Virus record (IMG/VR): IMGVR_UViG_3300032241_000649
Span: 24,723 to 88,722 of that record
Length of the DNA: 64,000 nt
DNA from: a virus
Strand: one strand, 5' to 3'
Every line of letters starts with the position of its first letter. The first letter of the stretch is position 1. Below are positions 45,271 to 55,223 of this stretch, one piece after another. The notes below the pieces were generated by a model that was not told the origin of the DNA, searched no databases, and saw only the letters and a program-made list of their open reading frames with translations. The position numbers were made by a program, and so were the translations under genes.

Positions 45271-46115
45271 TCAAAGTACTCCTTACTTGGAATTACAGAT
45301 CCAGTATTGGTATTTACAGCTCCAGTTAAAGGATGAGTCACATTGATTGCTGAACCCGTACTAGCTGAGGTTCCATTAAATACTCGGTCAACAACTGCCC
45401 CAGATTCTGGAGACAGATCAGCAATAATAGGTTTAAAGTAAAATGCTGTTCCAGAGTATCTATCTTGGTGTGTAGCTATGCCTGTAATGTTGTTGTCTAC
45501 ATACACATAGTATGGGGCATTAGCTTTTTTAGCATTATAGATCTTATCTTTAGAAACAAAAGTAATATGGGTGTTCTCTACAATAAGAGCAAACCCTGTT
45601 TGCTTAGCCAAGCTTGTACAAACCTGCCAGTCAGTCTGACCAGATTGAACTACCGCATCACGCAGTCTTGGGTGTTTTTGGGTAGTGCAAGAGAACCCAT
45701 GTTTGGCAGCTATCTTATTAATTACTTGATCGGCAGTCATTTTTGTATAAATCTTTTGGTCAGTATTCTTAAGAACATAAGATGCGCCAACACAAACTAC
45801 TGTGGTATTTGAGCCGGACATCTTGTTTGCCTGGTCTATATAAGATACATATCCCTTAAAAGTAGACTTAATCTTTCCAGAAGAGTAGGTAAAAGTAACC
45901 GGATCACCACTAACAATTACATCTTCTTTATTAAATGGTCTTCCTTTAAACTGTAGCTCAAGACGCTCATGCATATAGATATCTTGTTCTAAGATAGATG
46001 ATATAAGAATTAGATCTAAATTAGGAGATTTTGGGAACACCACACTAAAGCTACTTTCAAAGATGGAAGCAGTAGACTCCCATAAAAAGTTACTTCGTTG
46101 GTTTATATTAGCCAT
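45267..46115 (-). CDS. baseplate hub (GpD/gp27-like), N-terminal part
   Basis: FKGYV, CVGASY.LK, IAAKHGF, QSGQTDWQ..LA...GF. Confidence 0.75.
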   Translation of the reverse strand: MANINQRSNFLWESTASIFESSFSVVFPKSPNLDLILISSILEQDIYMHERLELQFKGRPFNKEDVIVSGDPVTFTYSSGKIKSTFKGYVSYIDQANKMSGSNTTVVCVGASYVLKNTDQKIYTKMTADQVINKIAAKHGFSCTTQKHPRLRDAVVQSGQTDWQVCTSLAKQTGFALIVENTHITFVSKDKIYNAKKANAPYYVYVDNNITGIATHQDRYSGTAFYFKPIIADLSPESGAVVDRVFNGTSASTGSAINVTHPLTGAVNTNTGSVIPSKEYFE

Positions 46116-46386
46116 TAGGAATCCTAATAACTGTTCCAGGAGCAATATTAAATACATCACTAAGGTCTGGATTGATATCTGCAATCTCCCACCAATATTT
46201 AGGATCGTTTAAATACTGGTTTGCAATCTGTCCTAAGCTGTCCCCATCTTTCCAAATATAGGAAACAAAGTTATTCAATTGAGTAGTAGGAAACTCTCTA
46301 AATACAGAGATTTCATATATACCTGTATATTTATTTGGGGTCTGTGCTAATGGTCCTGTGTAGTATCTAGATACGCGCTCTATCAT
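46108..46386 (-). CDS. LysM/tail-X-like baseplate protein
   Basis: KDGDSLGQIANQYLNDPKYWWEIADINP...PGTVIRIP. Confidence 0.85.
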   Translation of the reverse strand: MIERVSRYYTGPLAQTPNKYTGIYEISVFREFPTTQLNNFVSYIWKDGDSLGQIANQYLNDPKYWWEIADINPDLSDVFNIAPGTVIRIPNG

Positions 46387-48005
46387 TACTGACCTCCAGC
46401 AGTTGTAGTTCCACCAGCTTGAGCGTTCAAAAGCTTCTTAGCTTGAGCATTTGTTACAGTTGTTGCTGTTGCTGGGTAACGAATAAATGTTACGTCTACA
46501 GTTGTAAACACTGGAATCATATCCTCAGTAAAGATTACATGGTTTACTGATAAGCTAGCAAGAGAACCAAAATACCTCATGTTATCATTAATATGTAACC
46601 AAAATGGCATTCCAGTAATAAAACCTAAATCAGAAGATTTACCCTTATCCGCAAGAAGAGCTTGATTAGGTTGTGGATCCCCATTTACAACTCTGTACAA
46701 ATATTCTAAATCATATTCAGTACCACGAGTTTTAATACCTTTAAGTGCTGTAGGAGAAAGGGGTTTTCCTGGATATCCACTACCACCTTTGCCTGCGTTT
46801 ATAGCTTTAACGTCAATAACTCTATTTAAGTATAGTTCAAAAGACACTGCAGTATTACCACCAAGAGCATTAGATGGATCTGCTTTACCAAGGGTCCAGT
46901 CATTACTTGTATCTGTATTTGTACTGTAGGAAATACTTGTAGGATTATACATAAACTTAAATCCCCAAAGTTTCTTTTCTGGATTCTTTGCAGACAAAAG
47001 ATATGTGTCTTGATACATACGTCCCATTTGACTATTGTTGTAAGCCTCAAGTGTTGCAACTGACATAGGCTTACCAGTCACCCAATCAATGTTTCCACCA
47101 GCTTGAGATTCTAATACATCAGTAAACCGTACACCTTTAGTGTTTAAATGCGGAGGAGGATTCCATTGATCTCCAGACATTCCTTTATCTGCATCAACTC
47201 CAGTATTACCTGTAGTGTTAGTTGATCCAGATCCTGGACTAGGCTTATACGTAGTTGACTTTCCAATAATAATAAGCTTATTAGCAGCAGCTGTTGCAGC
47301 AGAATATGTTTTATATGATGTTACAGTGTATTTTCCAACACTGCTGCTAGCCGGTGCGCTATAAGGTTTTGACCAATACGGTCCAGGAAATGTATACGTA
47401 AAGAATACTCCAGCTACATCTGCTACGACAATCCAAGTTTTAGTATTTGTATTAAATACTTTTTGCTTTATGCTGCTTCCAAGAAAATCTTGAATAGTAG
47501 ATGGAAACGGTGTATTTAATGCCCCAGTCCAAGTAATTGTTATTGGAAATACATTAGAGCTAGGATTAACATCGCCATATCCAGTGTAAGGCCCACCATT
47601 TAAAGTTACAGCAATACTAGAATTAGGATCAAATCTTACTGTAAATTGACTAGGGTCTATTTTTGTAGGTGTATTAGGAGTTCCAGGATTTATGATAAAT
47701 ACCCAGTGATCATTAAGTCCAGCACTTTTAGTAGTTCCATCATCTGAAACATTATACACACGCCCGTTAGTTGTAGTCACATTCATGCCGAGTCCATTAT
47801 CAATGGCTCTATTAGTGCTATCTTCATATACTCTTACATCAACTAATATAGCGCTGTTAACACTAACCGTTCTTGATTTAGTACCTGGAGAAAGTTTATT
47901 CCAAGCGTCATCTGTAAAGTTAAGTGATCCAGAATAATCATATGCGGAGATACCCCACTCATACAAATCTACTGTATAGTGAACCCCAGGAATAATTGTA
48001 GTCAT
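46386..48005 (-). CDS. baseplate tube-initiator-like protein
   Basis: C-terminal FKFMYNPTSISY...FELYLNR...YFG.L.SLSVNH..F...M.P. Confidence 0.65.
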   Translation of the reverse strand: MTTIIPGVHYTVDLYEWGISAYDYSGSLNFTDDAWNKLSPGTKSRTVSVNSAILVDVRVYEDSTNRAIDNGLGMNVTTTNGRVYNVSDDGTTKSAGLNDHWVFIINPGTPNTPTKIDPSQFTVRFDPNSSIAVTLNGGPYTGYGDVNPSSNVFPITITWTGALNTPFPSTIQDFLGSSIKQKVFNTNTKTWIVVADVAGVFFTYTFPGPYWSKPYSAPASSSVGKYTVTSYKTYSAATAAANKLIIIGKSTTYKPSPGSGSTNTTGNTGVDADKGMSGDQWNPPPHLNTKGVRFTDVLESQAGGNIDWVTGKPMSVATLEAYNNSQMGRMYQDTYLLSAKNPEKKLWGFKFMYNPTSISYSTNTDTSNDWTLGKADPSNALGGNTAVSFELYLNRVIDVKAINAGKGGSGYPGKPLSPTALKGIKTRGTEYDLEYLYRVVNGDPQPNQALLADKGKSSDLGFITGMPFWLHINDNMRYFGSLASLSVNHVIFTEDMIPVFTTVDVTFIRYPATATTVTNAQAKKLLNAQAGGTTTAGGQ

Positions 48006-50806
48006 TAGTACCTACCCACTTGTTCTTTACGTAGTTTATCTGCAACAGCTTTATTTACCGCATTAATAATTAATTCAGTTGCTACTGTTCCAGGATGATT
48101 CATTTTAAGGTTAATACCTACATTAACATCAATACTTGATCTAGCATTGATATTTGTACTATGTGTCCCACTGCTTGAGGAAGTAGAATGAGAAGGCATA
48201 GTAGCTACAGCAACACCAGCTGGGGATGTATTAGGTCCGCCTGCTCCAGGAATATAAGTACCCCAAGGAGAATGGTTAACTGCTTTTAATACAGACATAG
48301 TGTTATTGCCTTTTTTAAGAGCGCTCAGAATAGGACCATAGCGACCATTCTTTAAAGTTTCAATAGTTGCTTGATATCCTTGAGACCAAGAGGTGTATGA
48401 CTTAACACCTTCGTTATTCATATTAGTTGCACCAGTGGCAGGCTGTTCTGTATTTAGGGGATTGTAGTGGGCACTGTTATGCCACTGTCCACCTTCCCAT
48501 GCAGCCCAAGTAGTCAAAGCTTTAATGTTATCTGAGGTAGTAGGATACTTAAGCTTTTGTAATAAACTCTTAGCCCAACTACGAGAATCTCCTGTACCGA
48601 GAATAATTCCAGAATCATTAATAACTTGGCCATTTGAATAAGCCTTACCGCCATTAGATAAAATACCATTGCTAATAGTATTAGCAGCATCACCGCTAGC
48701 TAATAGGTCTTTTAAGCTAGTAGAACCTAAGGCATTATTTTTACCAGATATTACTCCAGCACCAGCAAACATAACAGTGGTGTCATTATCAGATGCTTTT
48801 GGATTAAGTTGCTGATTAAGCGCATTGGCTTTAATAATAGCTAGCGGACTTATAGACCTACCATTTTTATCTCTAATTTCAAAGTGAAGGTGTGGGCCTG
48901 TAGAGTTTCCTGCTCCAGGTGCGCCCTTAACACCACCGCTATGGCCAATTACATCTCCACGCTTTACCTGTTGTCCTTGACGCACAGATATAGTTTTTAA
49001 GTGGGCATATAAACTTTGCTTATTTCCATGATTAATAATTACGTGGTTACCATAACCACCACTGTTTCCTACATAAGAAACTACACCATCTGCGGCAGCT
49101 GTAACTGCTGTTCCTGGCTTTACTCCAAAGTCTACGCCTGGGTGGAACCCAGCTTTAATTCCTTTGCCGCCTTTTCTGTTACCAAAGCCTGCTGTAATAG
49201 TAGGGCTTCCAGAAACAGGCATGCCTGCATCACTAGCAGCATTTGATATTCCGGATCCTACTTGTGTATGGGATGTATTTGGGCCGCCACTACCAAATAG
49301 TTGACCAATTAGGTCTCCACCGCCACCAACTAATCCACCAACTAAAGCACCAGGAAGTCCACCAAAAATTCCTCCACCAGCTGCACCTATACCCGCATTT
49401 TTAAGTAGGCTGCTCCAGTTAAATCCTTTATGTCCTTTTCTATCTTTATATCCAGAGTATGCACTAAGCAGCGCTCCAAGAATAGGAATGCCCTTACCTA
49501 ATCCTTTACCTAATCCAGAAAGTAATCCCCCGCCTTCAGCAGCAACTGTTCCGTCACCTTTACCTATAACACCTTCGAGTCCGCTGAGCAATGCTTTGTT
49601 TCCAGCACGTTGCATAAGTAGAGACGCGCCTAATCCACCGAGACTAGATACTGTGCCGCCTACTCCACCTAATCCAGGAAAAGTTTGCAGTACTCCTTTA
49701 AGTTTACCTAAAAGGTCTGTTACTTGTGGAAGTTGATTAGCAAATGCAGTTAATCCATTGTTTGCTGCAGTAGCAGCATCAAGTGCTCCTGTATAACCAG
49801 AAACTAGTCCGCCCTGTGTAGCTGTAGTAAGATTAGATTGGCTAGTATTATAATTAAACGCAGTACGAATAGGGGCGCCTTTAGCCACACCAAGCATATT
49901 AAGAGCATTGGTAGATCCACTAAGAGAACTGGAAGATAAAGCCTTTCCGCCATTTTTTGCACGTGCAACAATACCCATGATAATTTCATTAGCTAATCCA
50001 GGATCTCCAGCTACTTGACGAATAGCGTTACCGCCTGGGCTTCCTGGGTTAAGAAGCATCATGGCTTGTTCTTTAGTTATATCATTTTTACCACGATAAA
50101 TAAAGTTCCAAACACTATTAATAATTTGGTTCATAGGTAGTAGCTGACCATTGCTATCACGAATACGAACACCCATACGTAAGAACGACATTCCGTTTGC
50201 ACTAGCTGCAGACGCAGCTGCCTGTTCGTTAGTCATTCCTGTTAGTGCACTTAAGCCACCAACCTGAGACATAATATTCTTTGAGCTTAATGTATTGGCT
50301 AAATAACCACCAGTATATGCAACAGTCATTGCTGCCATAGTTGGGCTAGTTGCACTTGTAGCGCCATTGCCCACTAGGCGATTAGATTGGCGCATAACAC
50401 CAGAAGCAGACATTCCGCTTAAGCCTGCAATAGTATCTGCAGAAGTTCTAAGTGCTACAGCAGAAGCTGTGCTTGGCATTAAACCCATGCCCAAAGAACC
50501 AGCAGCCATTACGCCCATGCCTACTTTGCCAAGTACACCCATACCTGAACCGGTAGGCATATCTGGCATATCAAGAGTAGATTTGCCCTTAGAACCGCCC
50601 GTTAAATTTTTAGAGATAGAGTCTGAATCTTTTTTGGCTTTAGCAAATGCGTCGCTAACAGATTTAGCGGCATCAATCATAGACTTCTTAAAATAGGTTA
50701 CGAAGCCAATAGCGCTTTTTTCTACGCCAGCCATTTCAGCATCAGGACCCTGTGGTTTAAAGCCAGAGGGTTCACTGTCTGAATTATCAAATAAGTTCAT
50801 TGACAT
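48005..50806 (-). CDS. tape measure protein with M23 peptidase and lysozyme-like domains
   Basis: A/G-rich helical N-terminus; HPGVD, GYGN, YAHL, STGPHLHFE; WEGG...YNPLNT...SWSQG. Confidence 0.85.
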   Translation of the reverse strand: MSMNLFDNSDSEPSGFKPQGPDAEMAGVEKSAIGFVTYFKKSMIDAAKSVSDAFAKAKKDSDSISKNLTGGSKGKSTLDMPDMPTGSGMGVLGKVGMGVMAAGSLGMGLMPSTASAVALRTSADTIAGLSGMSASGVMRQSNRLVGNGATSATSPTMAAMTVAYTGGYLANTLSSKNIMSQVGGLSALTGMTNEQAAASAASANGMSFLRMGVRIRDSNGQLLPMNQIINSVWNFIYRGKNDITKEQAMMLLNPGSPGGNAIRQVAGDPGLANEIIMGIVARAKNGGKALSSSSLSGSTNALNMLGVAKGAPIRTAFNYNTSQSNLTTATQGGLVSGYTGALDAATAANNGLTAFANQLPQVTDLLGKLKGVLQTFPGLGGVGGTVSSLGGLGASLLMQRAGNKALLSGLEGVIGKGDGTVAAEGGGLLSGLGKGLGKGIPILGALLSAYSGYKDRKGHKGFNWSSLLKNAGIGAAGGGIFGGLPGALVGGLVGGGGDLIGQLFGSGGPNTSHTQVGSGISNAASDAGMPVSGSPTITAGFGNRKGGKGIKAGFHPGVDFGVKPGTAVTAAADGVVSYVGNSGGYGNHVIINHGNKQSLYAHLKTISVRQGQQVKRGDVIGHSGGVKGAPGAGNSTGPHLHFEIRDKNGRSISPLAIIKANALNQQLNPKASDNDTTVMFAGAGVISGKNNALGSTSLKDLLASGDAANTISNGILSNGGKAYSNGQVINDSGIILGTGDSRSWAKSLLQKLKYPTTSDNIKALTTWAAWEGGQWHNSAHYNPLNTEQPATGATNMNNEGVKSYTSWSQGYQATIETLKNGRYGPILSALKKGNNTMSVLKAVNHSPWGTYIPGAGGPNTSPAGVAVATMPSHSTSSSSGTHSTNINARSSIDVNVGINLKMNHPGTVATELIINAVNKAVADKLRKEQVGRY

Positions 50807-50819
50807 CTATCTTCACCAC

Positions 50820-50966
50820 CTATCTTGGTCTATTTAGGGCCTTAGTAATCCACATAATCCGTTCTCTCAATGAGAGATTACGGATATCGTTCAAACTCCA
50901 TCCTGGATAGAACTTAGTCAATATGTCATACATATCAACTAGGAGCTCGTAGTCAACCTCAACGAA
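50820..50966 (-). CDS. tail assembly chaperone extension (gpGT-like), probably reached by frameshift
   Basis: FVEVDYELLVDMYDILTKFYPGWSLNDIRNLSLRERIMWI in the +1 frame relative to the upstream chaperone. Confidence 0.65.
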   Translation of the reverse strand, partial: FVEVDYELLVDMYDILTKFYPGWSLNDIRNLSLRERIMWITKALNRPR

Positions 50967-51783
50967 ACAAATCTGCCAGGGTTAGTGGCAGCGGTACCTC
51001 CTGGCCGCAGGATTGACATGGTTTAGTTAGTTCGCCTAATTGTGGACCGGGGTTACGATTTGATATCTCTTCTAACAACTTACGGCGTGTAGCAACGCTC
51101 AGCTTGCGAATCTGATCTATGCTAATTACTGCCGCATCATTAATGGATATGATACACCCCATAAGTATAATTGAATCAATTTCCGCAGATGTTTTATCTG
51201 TAGAATTTACAATAGCCTTTTGGGTATCTCCTGTAGGGAGCTTTACCTTTACATCTCCTGAAGCAGTAGAGACTGTAAATACACGATCTTCTTCATTAAT
51301 AAGCTTTGTCTTTACATCTTTAGCTAAATCAACTTCAAATGTCTGAACTTCAGCACAGAATGGGCAAGGTCCAGGACCTAACTTAATCTCTGATCCAAAA
51401 GTGGCGTTTCTAATAGCCAAAAGGATCTGTTCTCTGTCTCCTGCAAGAAGGGCATCTAAGGTAGCCTTAGTTGCCTTCTCTTCACCGATCTTTACTGTGG
51501 CTCTTTCCAAGACTGTCATCAAGGCTTTGCCTGGATCATTTACCTTAGAAATTGCCTCTTCGTCAGCTCCATTAAGCTCACGAATTTCTGCTGTATCAAT
51601 TAATCCCACGAAAGGATCTAAGAAACCACCAGGAAGCTTAACCTCTGTCTCAGGAGGCAACTGCACCGCAGTCTTTACGACTGGGGCAGCTGGCTCCTGA
51701 GCAGCGGACATTGCTTCTGCAGCTAGCTGGTTAGCTAGTGCTGGATTTTCTACTGCGCTAATTGTGTTCGAATCTGTAGTCAT
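50959..51783 (-). CDS. tail assembly chaperone
   Basis: IRELNGADEE, GDR..ILLAIR, CPFC, CQSC, ends in ADLFR; between the tube and tape measure genes. Confidence 0.75.
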   Translation of the reverse strand: MTTDSNTISAVENPALANQLAAEAMSAAQEPAAPVVKTAVQLPPETEVKLPGGFLDPFVGLIDTAEIRELNGADEEAISKVNDPGKALMTVLERATVKIGEEKATKATLDALLAGDREQILLAIRNATFGSEIKLGPGPCPFCAEVQTFEVDLAKDVKTKLINEEDRVFTVSTASGDVKVKLPTGDTQKAIVNSTDKTSAEIDSIILMGCIISINDAAVISIDQIRKLSVATRRKLLEEISNRNPGPQLGELTKPCQSCGQEVPLPLTLADLFR

Positions 51784-51808
51784 ATTGTTTACCCTTTAGT
51801 TAGTTTTA

Positions 51809-52453
51809 TTAACGATTTTGATTGGTTCCACCAGCACCAAATGGAGCTGCTGAACCGGTGGCTGTTAGATCCTTACCGTATCTAACGTCAAAACCTTCAT
51901 GTACAAGTTGCATATCTTCAACCATAAATGCATTAGCACCTGCATCAAGATTGCTGTATGTAAGGTTTGTAATCCATGCATTGTATACATAGAAACGCAT
52001 AGAAGTGTGAGCTTGAATCTCATCTGCTGCTTCATATCCAGAACCGTTGTTTACAACAGGATTTGGATGGCTAAGAACTTGGATTTCCAAGTCGCAGCGA
52101 AAATCTACACCTGCACCAGAATTAGTGTTAGGAGTAAGAACTGAGAACAGCTTCTTCATCCAGTCCATGTTTCCAGACCCACCCAACATAGCACCCTTAG
52201 AAAGAGTGATAGGTGTAAATGAAGTTTGGCCAGGAATCTGGTGAACGCTGGTATTGAATCCGCCTTCACGGTACGCAATTGACTCAGTTGTGATGCTGAG
52301 ACCTGACACCGAGACGAAACCCATATTTCCAGTCAAAGTTGACCAAGAAGCATCTGTTGATCCAGCTTTTGGCTTAAAGCTCACAATGAACTTAAAATTA
52401 CGAATTGGATCAGTTTGGATACCACTTAGAGGTAATGTATTTGGAACTGTCAT
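51809..52453 (-). CDS. tail tube protein (T4 gp19-like)
   Basis: DPIRNFKF, GFVSVSGL, YREGG, PITLSKG, NAW, LVHEG. Confidence 0.92.
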   Translation of the reverse strand: MTVPNTLPLSGIQTDPIRNFKFIVSFKPKAGSTDASWSTLTGNMGFVSVSGLSITTESIAYREGGFNTSVHQIPGQTSFTPITLSKGAMLGGSGNMDWMKKLFSVLTPNTNSGAGVDFRCDLEIQVLSHPNPVVNNGSGYEAADEIQAHTSMRFYVYNAWITNLTYSNLDAGANAFMVEDMQLVHEGFDVRYGKDLTATGSAAPFGAGGTNQNR

Positions 52454-52467
52454 TTTATGTTATCTCC

Positions 52468-54042
52468 TTATGCCGTAGCGTTTGCTGTGAGTTGTCCCAA
52501 GGTAATTTCAATGTACTCTGCTGGGTACTCTAGAGCAACACCAACAGTGATGTTTACAGTACCGTTAAAGATATCTGTAAATGTGTTGTTAGTGCTGTCG
52601 CAGGTTACATAGAACGCTTGGGTGGCGCTTGCGCCACGAAGTCCACCTTGTTGCCAGTACTGCATCAAGAATGTTCCTAGAGCTGTACGGAGTTGACCCC
52701 ATAGACGCTCATCGTTATTCTCAAAGATAGCAAATGAGCTAAGGCTCTTTAGTTCCTTCTCAATGTAATTGAGGGAACGACGAATGTTGATATAGCGGTT
52801 ACGTGGATCTGAATCCAATGTACGACCACCCATAACAATGATGCCTACACCAGGAATCTGACGGATCGCGTTGATGGCATTTGTATGTCCATTCAAAGAA
52901 TCAAGATCACTGTTTGTTAGCTGAGACTCTGTAGAAACTGCTAGAGCAACACGATTGCCATAACCAGCTGGAGTCTTCCAAACACCACGAGAAGCATCAG
53001 TAGCTAGGTACTGACCAACCATCGCAGCACCAGGAGCCTGGAGGCGAAGAGCACCAGGAGCGGCACTTAGTGAGTTAGGAATTTGAAGCCATGGATAATA
53101 AGCTGCTGCAACATTGCCTGTTGAAGAAGCTGCAAATGTTGAGACTAGGTCATCAACATATCCTTCTACATCTGATACAGAGTATGAACTTGGTGAATCA
53201 ACAACTACAAAGGCATCCCCACGACCTGCTGCATAAGCAACAGCATCAGCTTGGATTTCCTTAGATAGTAGAAGATCATCTCCAACGTCAGTTGTAATGT
53301 TATATAGATAAGCAGCATCTGGTAGATTGAAAACCAATGGATTATCAATTACATCAAATGCACTAAGAGAGGCCGCATAGTCTGAGCGACCAGGGGCTGA
53401 TACTGGATCAGTTCCACCGCTTAGAGAAGCATTTGGTGCTACAGCTGGAATGTTAGTTGGGGCTGCAGAAGTAGAACCAAGATCAGTAGCTGTAACTAGA
53501 TTAGAGTTTGTGTTGATAATGTTAACAGCATAGTGTGAGTCAGTAGAAGACATTTTAAGATCACGGTGTGTCTCAACAAGTGCTGTTGATGCACGACCAT
53601 TAACTACTGTAGTCTGAAAAATTTGGATGTTAAAACGTCCAATTCCAGATCCTGCTTTAACTGCTACTGAAAGGTTGTTACCCCATGATCCAGCGTTCTT
53701 TGCAGAAATCTGAAGAGTTGGGATAGATGATCCAGAGCTATCATTTAGATTGATAGATGCTGTGTCAGAAGAGCCACTGATACGCTTTACGTATAGTGAA
53801 CGTCCACCGTTTGCGAAGAAATTAAAGGCTGCCCATGTTGTTGGGTAAGCGTCATTAAGGGATCCAAAGGTACGGACGAAGTCTGTCCAGCTTTGAAGTA
53901 GTACCGGGACATTGGTTGGACCTTGGCTTAGAACACCAACAAACGCGCCAATTGCAGCGCCAGTGTCAGGCAAGGTTACGACCTGTGGAAGCGGTACTTC
54001 CTGAATAAAGACGCCGGGACGACCATTACTGTATGTAGTCAC
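52468..54042 (-). CDS. tail sheath protein
   Basis: PGVFIQE, FFANGG, YYPW, RGVWKTPA, GGRTL, YINIRR, FENND. Confidence 0.95.
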   Translation of the reverse strand: MTTYSNGRPGVFIQEVPLPQVVTLPDTGAAIGAFVGVLSQGPTNVPVLLQSWTDFVRTFGSLNDAYPTTWAAFNFFANGGRSLYVKRISGSSDTASINLNDSSGSSIPTLQISAKNAGSWGNNLSVAVKAGSGIGRFNIQIFQTTVVNGRASTALVETHRDLKMSSTDSHYAVNIINTNSNLVTATDLGSTSAAPTNIPAVAPNASLSGGTDPVSAPGRSDYAASLSAFDVIDNPLVFNLPDAAYLYNITTDVGDDLLLSKEIQADAVAYAAGRGDAFVVVDSPSSYSVSDVEGYVDDLVSTFAASSTGNVAAAYYPWLQIPNSLSAAPGALRLQAPGAAMVGQYLATDASRGVWKTPAGYGNRVALAVSTESQLTNSDLDSLNGHTNAINAIRQIPGVGIIVMGGRTLDSDPRNRYINIRRSLNYIEKELKSLSSFAIFENNDERLWGQLRTALGTFLMQYWQQGGLRGASATQAFYVTCDSTNNTFTDIFNGTVNITVGVALEYPAEYIEITLGQLTANATA

Positions 54043-54090
54043 TCGGTATTACTCCTTAGGTTTAGGTTTATATTCTTAGGTTGCCAGATT

Positions 54091-54687
54091 TTAGTTGTAT
54101 GTTGTGCCATTGGGAACGGTACTGTTAGTCGTAATATGTGGAGGGTCAAGCACTTCGTATAGCTGTGTAAGTGTGGTTGGAAGAAACTCCGCACTCACTT
54201 GCACATTGAAAGCCGTACTTAAAAGGCGCTTGCCTTCTTCAGTCGTATCTCTCTTAATGAAACCCAACATATCTAATCTGCGAACCGTACGGTCCTCAGG
54301 TATTGTTAGTGTTCCAAATCTAAATGGGATTCTAGCTGGTGATAGAATCAAATTAATCAGCTGCCTATCATGTCGTGGATTACGAGCATAGGTAGTGATT
54401 TGATAGGTTAATGATACAGGAATAGGGTAGGAAGTCGCATACGGTACTGTAGAGTCTGAACCTTCGGGTGCGTATTTAAGGGTTCCGTAGCCACGATGGG
54501 CACGGCTTTTTTCCTCTGCTACAGAGATTAGATCAATAGTAATATATGGATATGCCTGAAGTCTGATCTGAGGATCAGGTTGGCCATAGAATACTCCCAC
54601 AGGTCGGGTAGGGTTTCCCGAATCTTCCACGGTCAATCCTGATAGGAGAGTCTTTAGGGCAGCCTCCTCATTTAGAATATGTGGCAT
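54091..54687 (-). CDS. tail terminator/completion protein
   Basis: YPYITIDL, P.PVSLTYQITTYAR..RHDRQ; upstream of the sheath gene. Confidence 0.7.
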   Translation of the reverse strand: MPHILNEEAALKTLLSGLTVEDSGNPTRPVGVFYGQPDPQIRLQAYPYITIDLISVAEEKSRAHRGYGTLKYAPEGSDSTVPYATSYPIPVSLTYQITTYARNPRHDRQLINLILSPARIPFRFGTLTIPEDRTVRRLDMLGFIKRDTTEEGKRLLSTAFNVQVSAEFLPTTLTQLYEVLDPPHITTNSTVPNGTTYN

Positions 54688-54968
54688 TAGAGAGTACCAT
54701 CCTTTGAACGCTGAAGGAAGTTACGGATTACAGGTGATGGGGGGATAACATCTGTGCCATATTCAAGAGTCAACATGCTCTGATTATGTTCTTCAGGATA
54801 GCGGACAGAGAAAGCTCCGTTTTCACTTACAACTTTAAGATGCTTTACCATATCCTCAGGCCAGCCAGCAGCCAAGGCGTTATTCTTTAAAGTGGTTGTG
54901 TGATATGTGGCGCTACGTTCTGCGTAGGCGTTAGCGTATCTATTTAGGACGTGATCTAGTTTACGCAT
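54687..54968 (-). CDS. neck/head-tail protein (HK97 gp10-like)
   Basis: LEYGT...PP.PVIRNF motif. Confidence 0.6.
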   Translation of the reverse strand: MRKLDHVLNRYANAYAERSATYHTTTLKNNALAAGWPEDMVKHLKVVSENGAFSVRYPEEHNQSMLTLEYGTDVIPPSPVIRNFLQRSKDGTL

Positions 54969-55122
54969 TTTTCCGAAGCTTCGAGAGTAGTGAACCTGCG
55001 ATAAACCCGGCTGCAAATTTCATTTCTGCACCCTTTGTATCAAGGCTAACTAGACCCTTAACGAAGGCTTCTTTGTCGGCTTCGGTTTCTGCACGAAGCA
55101 AGCGTTGAGCGATGTAGATCAT
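54961..55122 (-). CDS. hypothetical microprotein (53 aa)
   Basis: GGAGG RBS before MIYIAQRLL... Confidence 0.55.
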   Translation of the reverse strand: MIYIAQRLLRAETEADKEAFVKGLVSLDTKGAEMKFAAGFIAGSLLSKLRKNA

Positions 55123-55190
55123 AGTTCCTCCAATAGAAGGCGCAGGGTATAGCAGCAGGTTCCAGATTTCTCTGGCGTCAAGGTAATCAT

Positions 55191-55218
55191 AAAGCAAAAG
55201 AGGCCCTTTCGGGCCTCT
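55191..55218 (-). terminator. intrinsic terminator
   Basis: AGAGGCCC-GAAA-GGGCCTCT followed by TTTGCTTT. Confidence 0.8.
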
Positions 55219-55223
55219 AATTG

